Assembly (NCBI GenBank): GCA_963705105.1
Contig: CAVPIW010000006.1
Location: 416,001-480,000, forward strand
DNA: 64,000 nt
From: an uncultured Nitrospiraceae bacterium
GTDB taxonomy: Bacteria > Nitrospirota > Thermodesulfovibrionia > Thermodesulfovibrionales > Dissulfurispiraceae
Direction of reading: 5' to 3'
Of the stretch, positions 50,300-60,675 are shown piece after piece. The notes below the pieces were generated by a model. That model made no database searches. It was not told the DNA's origin and saw nothing but the letters and a program-made list of their open reading frames with translations. Both the position numbers and the translations under genes were made by a program. Every line of letters starts with the position of its first letter. Within the stretch, counting starts at the first letter, position 1.

Positions 50300-51480
50300 T
50301 GGCGGAGATTGTAGCCGTAACAGGAAATGAGGCTGTTGCGAATGCGTTGCGACAGGCCAGTCCTGATGTCTGTGCGGCCTATCCCATAACGCCGGCAACG
50401 GACATTATGCAGCGTTTCACGAGCTATGTCTCGAACGGTCAGGTCAAGACCGAAATGATCCTCGTCGAAAGCGAGCACAGTGCCATGAGCGCCTGTGTCG
50501 GCGCTTCCGCCGCCGGCGGACGCGTCATCACGGCGACATCCTCCCAGGGACTCGCCCTCATGTGGGAAATCCTCCCCATCGCATCGAATGCCCGGCTCCC
50601 GATCATCATGCCGCTCGTGAACAGGGCGCTGTCGGGACCGATCAACATCCACTGCGATCACTCCGACGGAATGGCTGTGAGGGATACGGGCTGGATCCAG
50701 CTCTGGTCGGAAAACGCCCAGGAGGCCTACGATAACACGATCCAGGCCTTCAGGATCGCGGAAAATATGAGCATCAGGCTCCCCGTCATGGTTTGCATGG
50801 ACGGCTTCATTATCAGCCATTCCATTGAACGGCTCGAGTATCTGGACGACACGGATGTGAGCATGTTCATCGGCGATTATAAGCCAACTTATCCGCTGCT
50901 GGACGTCGACCATCCGGTGAGCTTCGGGCCTCTCATCCTGACCGACTTCTACATGGAGGTGCGAAGGGCGCACCAGGAGGTCATGACAAGGGTGCCCCAC
51001 ATCGCCTGTGAGGTGGCACAGGAATTCAGCATGTTCTCCGGCAGGCAGTACGGGCTCTTTGAGGCCTACGGACTGGAGGACGCGGACATCGGCATCGTGA
51101 TCATGAACTCGGCTGCCGGGACGGCGAAGGACGTGATCGATGAATTCAGGGGCAGCGGTATCAAGGCAGGGCTGCTGAAGCCGCGGCTCTTCAGGCCCTT
51201 CCCCTATGAGGCGATCGGTGAGTCCCTCAAGCACCTCAAGGCTGTCTGTGTGCTCGACAGGGCCGACGCCTTCGGCGGGTCCTACGGACCGTTGTTCATG
51301 GAGATTGCTGCAAGTCTCAATCCCTACCGTGAGCGTCCTATCGTGATCAATAAAATATATGGTTTAGGCGGAAGGGATTTCCTGCCCGAGCACGTCGAGA
51401 AGGTCCTGAATGAACTCGTCGGCGTCGCAAAGAGGGGAAGAGTAAAAACCTTCAAGGAATACATCGGGGTGAGGGAGTAA
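50299..51480 (+). CDS. porA: Pyruvate:ferredoxin oxidoreductase alpha subunit
   Basis: AYPITP, VESEHSA, TATSSQGL, FRPFP, YGLGGRD. Confidence 0.95.
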   Translation: MAEIVAVTGNEAVANALRQASPDVCAAYPITPATDIMQRFTSYVSNGQVKTEMILVESEHSAMSACVGASAAGGRVITATSSQGLALMWEILPIASNARLPIIMPLVNRALSGPINIHCDHSDGMAVRDTGWIQLWSENAQEAYDNTIQAFRIAENMSIRLPVMVCMDGFIISHSIERLEYLDDTDVSMFIGDYKPTYPLLDVDHPVSFGPLILTDFYMEVRRAHQEVMTRVPHIACEVAQEFSMFSGRQYGLFEAYGLEDADIGIVIMNSAAGTAKDVIDEFRGSGIKAGLLKPRLFRPFPYEAIGESLKHLKAVCVLDRADAFGGSYGPLFMEIAASLNPYRERPIVINKIYGLGGRDFLPEHVEKVLNELVGVAKRGRVKTFKEYIGVRE

Positions 51481-51481
51481 C

Positions 51482-52480
51482 ATGGCGACAGCACTGAGTT
51501 TGAAAGAGTTATCCAAGAAAGAGGACCTCCTGACGGGTGGTCACCGGATGTGCGCCGGCTGCGGCGCTCCCGTGGTCGTGAAGATGGTGCTTTTTGCCGC
51601 TGAACATCCCGTCGTCGTTGCCAACGCGACGGGGTGCCTCGAAGTATCGACCTGCATATCTCAGTATACCGCATGGCGGACCCCCTGGATACACAACGCC
51701 TTTGAAAATGCCGCTGCGACGCTTTCGGGTGTCGAGGCGATGTACCGGTCCATGAAAAAGCAGGGCAAGATCGAAAAGGACATCAAGTTCATCGCCTTCG
51801 GTGGTGACGGTGGAACTTATGACATCGGTTTTCAAAGCCTCTCGGGCGCCATGGAAAGGGGTCACGACATGCTCTATATATGTTATGACAACGGCGCATA
51901 CATGAACACGGGCATTCAGCGTTCGAGCGCCACACCCATCGGCGCCGATACGACGACCTGTCCCGCCGGCAGTGTCGTACCGGGCAAGCTTCAGGAGAGG
52001 AAAGACATGACGAAGATCCTGGCTGCCCATGGCATTCCCTATGTCGCTCAGGCCTCTCCGAGCCACTGGTCCGATCTCATGAAGAAGGTCAGAAAGGCAC
52101 TCAGCATCGAAGGCCCGAAATTCATGAACATTCTCGCTCCCTGCAACCGCGGATGGAGAACGAGGACCGATGACGCGATCCAGCTGAGCAGGCTTGCCGT
52201 GCAGACCTGTTACTGGCCCCTCTTCGAGATCGATCATGGCGTAACGCGGGTCACCTACAAGCCGCGGGAAAGAAAACCCCTTGTCGAGTTCCTCAGGCCG
52301 CAGGGAAGGTTCAGACACCTCTTTGCGCCGGAGAACGAGTGGGTCCTCGCGAAACTTGAGGAATCAGTCGATAGATACTGGGAAAGATTATTGAAAGAAG
52401 AGGAGTTTACAGCTCCGAAAGGCGAGCCGGCTGCAGAGGAAGCGCAGGAAACCGAGACGGCCGAATCACCAGCAAGCTAA
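51482..52480 (+). CDS. porB: Pyruvate:ferredoxin oxidoreductase beta subunit
   Basis: HRMCAGCG, GGDGGTYDIG, DNGAYMNTGIQRS. Confidence 0.95.
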   Translation: MATALSLKELSKKEDLLTGGHRMCAGCGAPVVVKMVLFAAEHPVVVANATGCLEVSTCISQYTAWRTPWIHNAFENAAATLSGVEAMYRSMKKQGKIEKDIKFIAFGGDGGTYDIGFQSLSGAMERGHDMLYICYDNGAYMNTGIQRSSATPIGADTTTCPAGSVVPGKLQERKDMTKILAAHGIPYVAQASPSHWSDLMKKVRKALSIEGPKFMNILAPCNRGWRTRTDDAIQLSRLAVQTCYWPLFEIDHGVTRVTYKPRERKPLVEFLRPQGRFRHLFAPENEWVLAKLEESVDRYWERLLKEEEFTAPKGEPAAEEAQETETAESPAS

Positions 52481-53422
52481 CCGGAGTGCCCCGGGCGCCA
52501 CATCGATATGGACCGGTGTGGCGCCCGCGGGATCTCCGTCAACCTGCACCGCCGCCGTACCACTCACCGACAGCCGTTCTGCCCTGAAATATCTGATGTC
52601 CCGCAGCATCAGGTGCTTTCCCAGCACAATGGCCGAAGCATACCGCAAGAGATCGATCCTGCCGCCGCTTTGTGTTATGAAGACATACAGGTCCGGGTCG
52701 CCAAGGGCAGCATCGGGGGTTATTCTGAAGTCTCCCCCATAGTAGCCGGATTTTCCCGCGATGACAGCATAGCCCCCGAGAACGAGTGATTCCTGCCCGC
52801 CTTCCGGCAAAGACTCCACCTTTCCCTTCCCCGGAATGCCCTGCACCCCCGACGCACGTATCTCGAGGAGACCGGGACGATACCCGGCAAGGGTCCTGAA
52901 TCCGCTCAGCACGTACGCCAACTTTCCCAGACGCCTTTTCGCGGTACTTCCCACGCGGGCGACAGCCTCTCCGTCGAAGCCGATACCAGCCATCAGGAGG
53001 AAGTACCGCGATGTCCCACTGCCATCGGTGAGCCTGCCCAGATGGACGGTCCGGCTGAGGCCGGATACGGCCAGATCGATCGCTTTCTCAACATCTGTAC
53101 CGATGCCGATTTCCCTGGCCAGCACGGATGTCGTGCCCAGGGGCAGGACAGCCATGGGGACGGATGTATAGGCAAGCCCCTGGGCGACCTCATTGTAGGT
53201 GCCGTCGCCTCCTGCCGCGATCACGGGCGTCACATTTTCTCCTGATACCGATGATTTTTGCGCTATCGTCCGGGCGATGCGCTCGCCGTCCCCCCGCCTC
53301 TCCGTGAAATGGACGAGAGGGGAAAATCCCCTCTTCCTGAGAGACTGGAGTGTCTTTTCGAGAATCGACTTCGAAAAACCCCCGGCAACGGGATTGCAGA
53401 TTATGGAAATCTCCCTGTTCAT
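52466..53422 (-). CDS. Diacylglycerol/lipid kinase family protein
   Basis: NPVAG, AAGGDGTYNEV, LPLGT, QVDGD. Confidence 0.9.
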   Translation of the reverse strand: MNREISIICNPVAGGFSKSILEKTLQSLRKRGFSPLVHFTERRGDGERIARTIAQKSSVSGENVTPVIAAGGDGTYNEVAQGLAYTSVPMAVLPLGTTSVLAREIGIGTDVEKAIDLAVSGLSRTVHLGRLTDGSGTSRYFLLMAGIGFDGEAVARVGSTAKRRLGKLAYVLSGFRTLAGYRPGLLEIRASGVQGIPGKGKVESLPEGGQESLVLGGYAVIAGKSGYYGGDFRITPDAALGDPDLYVFITQSGGRIDLLRYASAIVLGKHLMLRDIRYFRAERLSVSGTAAVQVDGDPAGATPVHIDVAPGALRLACW

Positions 53423-53428
53423 GAGTTG

Positions 53429-53603
53429 ACCCTGCAGCGGCATACAAAGAAGGGGTGAAGCGCTCTGAAAAATTGTGCCCGTGACAGTGTGAGTGTGAGC
53501 ATATGTACACCTCTCTTGTGACGCATACCGTGTCGCCGCAGCAAGGTTTTCGGCGCATTCACCCCAGCCCCGCCTTTCCGGAAAGCGTCTGCAAAGATAA
53601 GGT
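53429..53603 (-). mobile_element. Dispersed TIR element copy 7, arms A-X
   Basis: Colinear with copy 4 (both 175 bp); ends GCAAAGATAAGGT. Confidence 0.75.
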
Positions 53604-53611
53604 TGACGCTG

Positions 53612-54358
53612 TCACCAAACCGTCAGGACCGGCATGCGCTCGAGATACGAAATGAGTGACTCCGTATCGGTATCCTCGGCAATGTAAAAGACACGCCCGC
53701 CCCTGAGTGACCCCTGTTTCTTGACATGGGGAATCCTCCGGTAACCGAAGGCGCGGGACGCGATGTATCCTGTCGTGTAATCCGGATCGTCGGAAAAGCA
53801 GACCTCAGCGATGACCTGCGGGGCTGAGACGACCTTGGAAGCGAGGATAAGCGCTTCCCGGACCGTAATCGTGTCGATGCCTGCTCTGGACAGCATTCTT
53901 CGCATTTTACGCAGAGACGATCGCTCGATACCGAATCTCGACACCCGGACACCTCTTTCACGGTCCGGCTCGGCTCGGCGTCCTGAGTCCGCCCGAATGA
54001 GCGCAGCGCCCCGCATGGCGTTCGGCGACAAGAGGACAGAAAGCCCGCTATCAATTGCGGAGGAGGAAACGGCGAGAGACGAGAGTGTCGACGTGATGCT
54101 GCGCCGCGCCTGAGCAGGAGACCGGCAAGGGAGCGTGTCTACGTCCAGTAAGGGGATGCGCCGCGGTTCCTGCTGCAACGCTTCAAGTGTCATTATGATG
54201 CTGTCGGGTTTCCCCCTTGGGTGGCTCAGTGCACGGTCGGCATATTCCCTGAGGATCTTTGGCAACTCATGCTCTTCAAATATGCCTTCGGCTCCGGAGA
54301 TGTGTCTCTCCTGTGCCATGCGTCCTGTCTGTGACGCGCGCATCCGTATGGACCACAT
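53612..54358 (-). CDS. bioW: 6-carboxyhexanoate (pimelate)--CoA ligase
   Basis: SIRMRAS, HISGAE, RALSHPRGKPD, RGVRVS, EALILASKV, SDDPDYTTGY, GGRVF. Confidence 0.92.
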   Translation of the reverse strand: MWSIRMRASQTGRMAQERHISGAEGIFEEHELPKILREYADRALSHPRGKPDSIIMTLEALQQEPRRIPLLDVDTLPCRSPAQARRSITSTLSSLAVSSSAIDSGLSVLLSPNAMRGAALIRADSGRRAEPDRERGVRVSRFGIERSSLRKMRRMLSRAGIDTITVREALILASKVVSAPQVIAEVCFSDDPDYTTGYIASRAFGYRRIPHVKKQGSLRGGRVFYIAEDTDTESLISYLERMPVLTVW

Positions 54359-54428
54359 GACAAAAATTATACACCAACATGATAAAATACAGGTTAATTC
54401 ACGTGAACAGCTTACCCGGGAGGTTTGC

Positions 54429-54761
54429 ATGAGTGAGAGTATGATGTCGCTGACGCAGGATACATGGGACCGTGAGGTCATACAGTCAAAAGGGGTCTCG
54501 ATCGTCTTCTTCTGGACACCATGGTGCGGTCACTGCAAGATGTTTGCGCCTATTTTTGAAGAGGTCGCCCAGGCATTCGCCGGAAGAATCAAGTTTGCGA
54601 AACTCAATTGTGAGGAATTCGGCGGCGTGGCCAGTGCCTGCCAGGTCATGGGAACTCCCACAATGCTCATTTTCCGTGACGGGGCCCAGGTCGACAAGAT
54701 TCTCGGCGGACTGCCGAAGGCGAATCTCGAGAAAAAGTTTGAGGAAATCCTGGCAGGGTAG
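54429..54761 (+). CDS. Thioredoxin
   Basis: WCGHC active site, cis-Pro GTPT, 110 aa. Confidence 0.9.
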   Translation: MSESMMSLTQDTWDREVIQSKGVSIVFFWTPWCGHCKMFAPIFEEVAQAFAGRIKFAKLNCEEFGGVASACQVMGTPTMLIFRDGAQVDKILGGLPKANLEKKFEEILAG

Positions 54762-54832
54762 GGGAGAGGGTGTTTCACAGGTTCTGACACTCACACCCAT
54801 ACTGACAGGAAACAAAGGTTCTATGCACTGGC

Positions 54833-55046
54833 ACTCACAAGTTGCATACAACGGCGGGACAAAGTGCCTCAAAGCCTTGCTGATAGCGAGCATGATCATC
54901 TGAAATTGGGGATTGGGAATTCCACCCTTTGTGTCATCACCCGTCGGCCTGACATGTTCCGTATGGGAAGGCAAAGGTTTCTCAGCACCAGGGCATTTCG
55001 GCATCTTTGCCCCGCCTTTCCGGATGTCCTATTACAGCAATAAGGT
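54833..55046 (-). mobile_element. Dispersed TIR element copy 8, arms B-Y
   Basis: GTTGCATACAACGGCGGGACAAAGTGCCTCAAAGCCTTGCTGA; B arm closely matches copy 2; ends GCAATAAGGT. Confidence 0.8.
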
Positions 55047-55054
55047 ATTCTCAC

Positions 55055-55867
55055 ATGGATATACCGGCAAAGCGATGGTTAGATTCGATATCCGTGCGAA
55101 GGTCACGGCGGCATTTCGACGGCAGGAAGATCGACGCTGCGGTTTTCACCACCCTTGAAAGGGTGTGCCGCGATTTTGTCCCCTTTCCGGAGGCGAGAGC
55201 AATCCTTATCCCGATGCCGCCTGATGATGTGCTGCGGGGAGCCGTCGGCACCTATGGCAAGATAAAGGGCGCACCCGCTTTCATCGCCTTCGTGGGGTCC
55301 ACGGATTCGGCCAATGTCCAGGAGAAAACGGGCTATACCGGGGAGGGGATTATTCTCGAAGCGACAGCCCTTCGGCTCGACACCTGCTGGGTCGGTGGTT
55401 TTTTTAGGCCCGAAGCGGCTGCAGACGTCATCGGCATTAAACGACCGGAACGTGTCCTGGCCGTCTGCCCTATCGGGTATGCCAGGAATGACTGGTCTCT
55501 CGAAGAAAAGATCATGACCGGTTTCGGCAGGAGTCACCGCAGAAAACCCCTGGAGGAGATTGTTACGGGCCTTCCGGAGGTGCAGTGGCCTCCCTGGGTG
55601 AAGCCTGCCGTGGAGGCTGCACGGCTCGCCCCCTCGGCGGTCAACCGGCAGCCCTGGAGGTTTCACATCGGTGATCAAAGCATTACTGTCTCTGTCGACA
55701 ATCTGAAGGATTCGTACAAGATCTCAAAACGTCTCGACTGCGGCATCGCCATGCTTCACATCGAGACGGCATGCCGTGCCGGGGGGGTCGGGGGAACCTG
55801 GGAGATACTCGATCCGCCGCTCGTCGGCAAGTTTACGGTTGAGGTAAATGTGTACGATGAAGAATAG
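55055..55867 (+). CDS. Nitroreductase family protein (two-domain)
   Basis: RRSRRHF, LDTCWVGG, LAPSAVNRQPWRF, LDCGIAMLH. Confidence 0.9.
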   Translation: MDIPAKRWLDSISVRRSRRHFDGRKIDAAVFTTLERVCRDFVPFPEARAILIPMPPDDVLRGAVGTYGKIKGAPAFIAFVGSTDSANVQEKTGYTGEGIILEATALRLDTCWVGGFFRPEAAADVIGIKRPERVLAVCPIGYARNDWSLEEKIMTGFGRSHRRKPLEEIVTGLPEVQWPPWVKPAVEAARLAPSAVNRQPWRFHIGDQSITVSVDNLKDSYKISKRLDCGIAMLHIETACRAGGVGGTWEILDPPLVGKFTVEVNVYDEE

Positions 55868-57167
55868 GGCGGGAAAGACCTACTACATAGAGACCTGGGG
55901 CTGCCAGATGAACATTCATGACTCGGAGAGAATGTCCGGCATGCTCCGGGCGGAAGGATATGCCGAGACAGGAGATCCCGAAAAGGCCGACATCGTCATC
56001 CTGAATACCTGCAGCATCAGGCAGAAGGCGGAGCAGAAATTCTTCAGCCAGCTCGGCTTGATCAGGCGCCTCAAAAAGGGCAGGCCTGAGATGAAAGTCG
56101 TCGTTGCCGGCTGCATCGCCCAACAGGAAGGTGAAGGCCTCTTCAGGCGATCCCCTGCCGTCGACTTCGTCGTCGGCCCCCAGCAGATCGGCGCCGTCAA
56201 AGACATTGCCGGCGGTTCTGCGCCTCCCGTCTCGACAGGCGACAATCCGTCACTCCTCGGGAGTGAATTCCCGGCCGAGAGAAAAGACGCCCTTCGGGCC
56301 TGGGTCACAATCATGTACGGCTGTGACAACTTCTGCAGCTACTGCGTCGTTCCCTATACAAGGGGGAGGGAGCAGAGCAGGCCCCGGCATGATATACTGC
56401 GGGAGATCAGGGATCTTGCCTCGCAGGGATTCAGGGAAGTCAGCCTTCTGGGACAAAATGTCAACTCCTACCGTTCCGACGTCGATTTCTGCGGTCTTCT
56501 GAGTGAAATCAACACAATTGAGGGTATCGAACGTATCCGTTTCGTCACGTCCCATCCGAAGGATTTCTCCGAGCCACTCATGACGGCCATGGCTGAACTC
56601 GACAAGGTCTGCGAGCATATCCACCTGCCTCTCCAGTCGGGATCGACTGGGGTCCTGCGGCTGATGAACAGACGGTACACCTATGATGAATATCGAAGGA
56701 AGATAGACGCACTGCGGAAGAAGATACCCGGAATCGCAATAACATCAGATATTATCGCCGGATTTCCGAATGAGACGGATGAGGACCACGCCATGACCAT
56801 GAGGGCGCTCTCGGAGCTCGATTTCGACGGTATCTTCGCTTTTTGCTTTTCACCAAGACCCGGGACAAAAGCCGCGACCATGATGGGACAAATCGACCAG
56901 TCCGTCAAAACGGCGAGGCTGTCAGAGATACTAGCGCTGCAAAATGATGTGACGGAACGGAAAAACAGGCAGTTAAAGGGCACTTTGCAGGAAGTACTTA
57001 TCGAAGGCCGGGACAGCATGGGGAGAGGCAAAATGACGGGAAGGACGAGAACCAATAAGATCGTGAACATTGCTCCCCCTGCTGACGGAATTTCACGGGA
57101 CCTCGTGACAGTCAGGATCATCCGCACATACCGCCATTCACTGGAGGGAGATCTCGAGAGAGGATGA
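55857..57167 (+). CDS. miaB: tRNA-2-methylthio-N6-dimethylallyladenosine synthase
   Basis: TWGCQMNIHDSE, NTCSIR, GCDNFCSYCVVP, LLGQNVNSY, TRAM domain. Confidence 0.96.
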   Translation: MKNRAGKTYYIETWGCQMNIHDSERMSGMLRAEGYAETGDPEKADIVILNTCSIRQKAEQKFFSQLGLIRRLKKGRPEMKVVVAGCIAQQEGEGLFRRSPAVDFVVGPQQIGAVKDIAGGSAPPVSTGDNPSLLGSEFPAERKDALRAWVTIMYGCDNFCSYCVVPYTRGREQSRPRHDILREIRDLASQGFREVSLLGQNVNSYRSDVDFCGLLSEINTIEGIERIRFVTSHPKDFSEPLMTAMAELDKVCEHIHLPLQSGSTGVLRLMNRRYTYDEYRRKIDALRKKIPGIAITSDIIAGFPNETDEDHAMTMRALSELDFDGIFAFCFSPRPGTKAATMMGQIDQSVKTARLSEILALQNDVTERKNRQLKGTLQEVLIEGRDSMGRGKMTGRTRTNKIVNIAPPADGISRDLVTVRIIRTYRHSLEGDLERG

Positions 57168-58423
57168 AGATCGCCCTCATAACTCTTGGGTGCAGAACGA
57201 ATCAGGCCGAATCTTTCCGCATAGAACGGGCAATCCGAGAGGCCCGTCATCAGGTCGTGGAGCGTCCCGATGAGGCGGATCTCTGCATCATTAATACCTG
57301 TACAGTAACGGGAAAGGCCGACCTGCAGTCCAGGCAGGTCATTAGGCGCGCGCTGCGAAAGGGAAAGCGTGTTATCGCAACGGGGTGCTTCACGGAGCTG
57401 AATCGTCCTGAAATGGGTGATTGCGGAGGTGATCTGACATTAGTTCCGAACGATAAAAAGGATGACATTATTAAACTGATCGGTGAGGCACAGCCCGGGA
57501 AGACCGCCGTAATCGCGAAAGAGGGCAGAAAACGCCCTGTCATTAAAGTCCAGGACGGCTGCGATCAGTCCTGCAGTTACTGCGTCGTTCCTGCCGCAAG
57601 GGGTCGCTCGCGGAGCAGCACCATCTCCGATGTTCTCAGCGAGATTGCCCTCTGCGAAGACGAGGGATACAATGAAATCGTTTTGTCAGGCATACATCTC
57701 GGCATGTACGGGCGGGATCACGACCCCGGGGAGACGTTGTCATCTCTCCTGGAGAACATTCTCCTAAGGTGCCGCATTCCCCGTATCCGCCTGAGCTCAC
57801 TCGAAATCAGCGAGATAGATGAGAGGTTACTTGAAGTCATGTCGGACGATCGCATCTGCCGGCATCTTCATGTGCCACTGCAGAGCGGAAGCGACAACAT
57901 ACTGAAAAGTATGAATAGGTCGTACACAGCCAGGTCTTTTATCGATACGATTGCCGCTGTTCACTCGCGCTTCCCCGACATGGCGATCGGCACGGACATC
58001 ATCGTCGGATTTCCCGGGGAAGGTCCGGAGGAATTTCACCGGACGTGCTCTGTCGTCAGGATGCTGCCTTTTTCGTATCTCCATGCTTTTTCTTATTCTC
58101 CCAGGCCTTATACGCGGGCTGCGCTCTTAAAGGACCATGTCGAAGGATCCATAAAGAAAGACCGTGTCTCAGAGCTCAGACGACTGGGCGAGCTCAAGAG
58201 AGAGGCCTTCATTGTGAAGCAGACCGGTCAAGTCCTGGGCGGAATCGTCGAAAAGAATACAAGTGACGGCTCCCTGGTCATGACAGGAAACTACATCAGA
58301 GTCTTTCTCGGCGGTTACAGGGCGCCGGACGAGGGAATCCTTGTCAATGTTCGCATCGGGGGCTATGAAAAGGGCCGTGCTCTCGGATATCCTGTAAATC
58401 TGTCAGAACCCGCTCACAAATAG
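57164..58423 (+). CDS. mtaB: tRNA t6A methylthiotransferase MtaB
   Basis: TLGCRTNQAES, NTCTVT, KVQDGCDQSCSYC, GIHLG. Confidence 0.9.
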   Translation: MKIALITLGCRTNQAESFRIERAIREARHQVVERPDEADLCIINTCTVTGKADLQSRQVIRRALRKGKRVIATGCFTELNRPEMGDCGGDLTLVPNDKKDDIIKLIGEAQPGKTAVIAKEGRKRPVIKVQDGCDQSCSYCVVPAARGRSRSSTISDVLSEIALCEDEGYNEIVLSGIHLGMYGRDHDPGETLSSLLENILLRCRIPRIRLSSLEISEIDERLLEVMSDDRICRHLHVPLQSGSDNILKSMNRSYTARSFIDTIAAVHSRFPDMAIGTDIIVGFPGEGPEEFHRTCSVVRMLPFSYLHAFSYSPRPYTRAALLKDHVEGSIKKDRVSELRRLGELKREAFIVKQTGQVLGGIVEKNTSDGSLVMTGNYIRVFLGGYRAPDEGILVNVRIGGYEKGRALGYPVNLSEPAHK

Positions 58424-58540
58424 CTCTTTTCGATCTGCCCAGTTGTTGTTCATTTCCGATGGAAGCCAGTCATCAGGCTTAACAGGGTCATTTTTCAACT
58501 CACTTCATAACAGGTTGTCAACATTTTATGTTTATTTGTT

Positions 58541-58568
58541 ATGACCGATAAGATATATTATGTAAAGT
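58541..58568. other. dif-like chromosome dimer resolution site (XerC/XerD)
   Basis: ATGACCGATAA-GATATA-TTATGTAAAGT, 11-6-11 layout; right arm close to the XerD box TTATGTTAAAT; AT-rich intergenic context. Confidence 0.8.
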
Positions 58569-58762
58569 TATTATAACGTCACACCGGAACGTTTCCTTTT
58601 CGGAATGCCTCATTCCCGGCTATCCCTTCATCGCTTCCCTGAACTCCTCCAGGCTAACTCCATCAGCATCTGTCATTGTCTGTTTTTTCAGTCAATCCCC
58701 TCGGTCCCCTTCTCCGGGGGGATGCTCACACAATCGTTTTCACCGGCATTTTCCTCATCCTT

Positions 58763-58913
58763 CTTTGCGGCTTTGCGTGAGACAATCTTGAAATATGTTC
58801 CATTCACTGACACTGTCTTGTTCTTTCTTTGCGCGCTTTGCGGCTTTGCGTGAAACAATCTTGAAATATGTTCCATTTACTGACACTCACACTGACACTG
58901 ACACTGTCTTGTT
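58763..58913. repeat. Direct repeat (60 bp and 78 bp units) differing by three extra hexamers
   Basis: CTTTGCGGCTTTGCGTGA(G/A)ACAATCTTGAAATATGTTCCATT..ACTGACAC..TGTCTTGTT at 58763 and 58836. Confidence 0.8.
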
Positions 58914-58986
58914 TCCGTTGTTTTGACATACACAATAATGATATAGTGAAAAGCGCTTGATTCATCGATCAACAGGAGGCATAGAC

Positions 58987-60675
58987 ATGATGTTCTCGAA
59001 AATGTTTATCCCGACCATGCGGGATGTCCCCTCCGACGTCGAGGCTGTCAGCCACAGGCTGCTGCTCCGTGCCGGTTTTGTGCGGCAACTCGCTGCGGGT
59101 CTCTATATCTATCTGCCCCTCGGCTGGAGGGTCCTCAACAGGGTCAACCGTATCTTAAAGGAAGAGATGGATGCGATCGGGGCCCAGGAGATCTCGATGC
59201 CCGTGCTCCACCCTGCCGAGGTGTGGCAGAAAACGGGACGCTGGCAGGAGATCGGGGAGGAGATGTTTCGCCTCAAGGACAGGACAGGCAGGGACATGTG
59301 TCTCGGGATGACCCACGAGGAGATCATGACATGGCTGGCGTCCCGGGAGATCCGTTCCTACAGGGACCTGCCCCAGGTCTGGTACCAGATACAGACGAAG
59401 CTGCGCGACGAGGCGAGATCACGGGGCGGGATCCTGCGCACCCGCGAGTTCATCATGAAGGACAGCTACAGCTTTGATATGGACGATGACGGACTCGACA
59501 GGAACTATGAGCTCCATGCCGGGGCCTACCACAGGATATTCCTCCGCTGCGGCCTCACCTTTCACCAGGTCGAATCGGATCCGGGGATGATGGGAGGCGC
59601 CGGGGCTCATGAGTTCATGGCGCCGACGCCGGCCGGCGAGGACGAGATCGTTCTTTGCGACGCCTGCGGGTATGCGGCGAATGTGGAGATCGCACGGACC
59701 AGCTCCCCGCCTCTCAGGGAGCAGACATGGGCTGTCGAAGAACTCCACACGCCTGACAAGAGAACCGTAAAGGAAGTTTCTCAGTTCTTGCAGATAAGTC
59801 CCGAATATTTCATAAAAAGTCTCCTGCTGATCACACCGGGAGGACCTGTGCTTGCCCTGATCCGCGGTGATCAGGAGCTGCACGAGAAGAAGATGACCCG
59901 TATCGTCGGGCAATTCAGAGCCGCCGGCAAGGATGAGGTGCTCTCGATGCTCGGCGTCGAGGCAGGCTTCATCGGCCCCACGGGCCATGCATTGAGGAAG
60001 ATCGGCGACCTGTCCCTCAGGGAAGGCACATATGTAACGGGAGCGAACAAGCCTGATTTTCATATGCGGGGGATTCAGCCCTCCGTCCATTTCGAGGCTG
60101 AATGGCATGACATCCATGTCGCCCGCGCCGGAGACGCCTGTGCCCTGTGCGGCCATGCCGTCCGGATCGAAAAGGCGATCGAGATCGGGAACATTTTTAA
60201 ACTGGGAACGAAATACTCCACCGCCCTTGAAGCCCTCTACCTCGACCGGGAGGGACAGTCGAGACCGGTCATCATGGGCAGCTACGGCATCGGGCCGGCC
60301 CGCATCGCCGCCGCCGCCGTCGAGCAAAATAATGACAAGGACGGCATCGTCTGGCCGAAGAGCATCTCACCTTTCGACGTCGAAATCATCCCCCTTTCGG
60401 TGAGCGACGACAGGACCATGGACGTGGCAGCGTCTCTCCTGGCATCACTTTCCGAACGGAACCTTGAAGTGCTTGTTGACGACCGGGATGAAAGGCCCGG
60501 CGTGAAGTTCAAGGACGCCGACCTGATCGGCATCCCGGTGCATATCATTATCGGTGAGAAGAACCTGAAGGACGGCAACGTGGAAGTGAAGAACCGCAGG
60601 ACGAAGGAGGTCCGCAAGGTCGCCGTCGGCAATGCTGCGGAGGAGACGATCCGGATGCGATCAGAAGTTCCGTAA
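58987..60675 (+). CDS. proS: Proline--tRNA ligase
   Basis: SHRLLLRAG, GMTHEE, RDEARSRGG, IEIGNIFKLG, MGSYGIG, GVKFKDADLIG. Confidence 0.98.
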   Translation: MMFSKMFIPTMRDVPSDVEAVSHRLLLRAGFVRQLAAGLYIYLPLGWRVLNRVNRILKEEMDAIGAQEISMPVLHPAEVWQKTGRWQEIGEEMFRLKDRTGRDMCLGMTHEEIMTWLASREIRSYRDLPQVWYQIQTKLRDEARSRGGILRTREFIMKDSYSFDMDDDGLDRNYELHAGAYHRIFLRCGLTFHQVESDPGMMGGAGAHEFMAPTPAGEDEIVLCDACGYAANVEIARTSSPPLREQTWAVEELHTPDKRTVKEVSQFLQISPEYFIKSLLLITPGGPVLALIRGDQELHEKKMTRIVGQFRAAGKDEVLSMLGVEAGFIGPTGHALRKIGDLSLREGTYVTGANKPDFHMRGIQPSVHFEAEWHDIHVARAGDACALCGHAVRIEKAIEIGNIFKLGTKYSTALEALYLDREGQSRPVIMGSYGIGPARIAAAAVEQNNDKDGIVWPKSISPFDVEIIPLSVSDDRTMDVAASLLASLSERNLEVLVDDRDERPGVKFKDADLIGIPVHIIIGEKNLKDGNVEVKNRRTKEVRKVAVGNAAEETIRMRSEVP

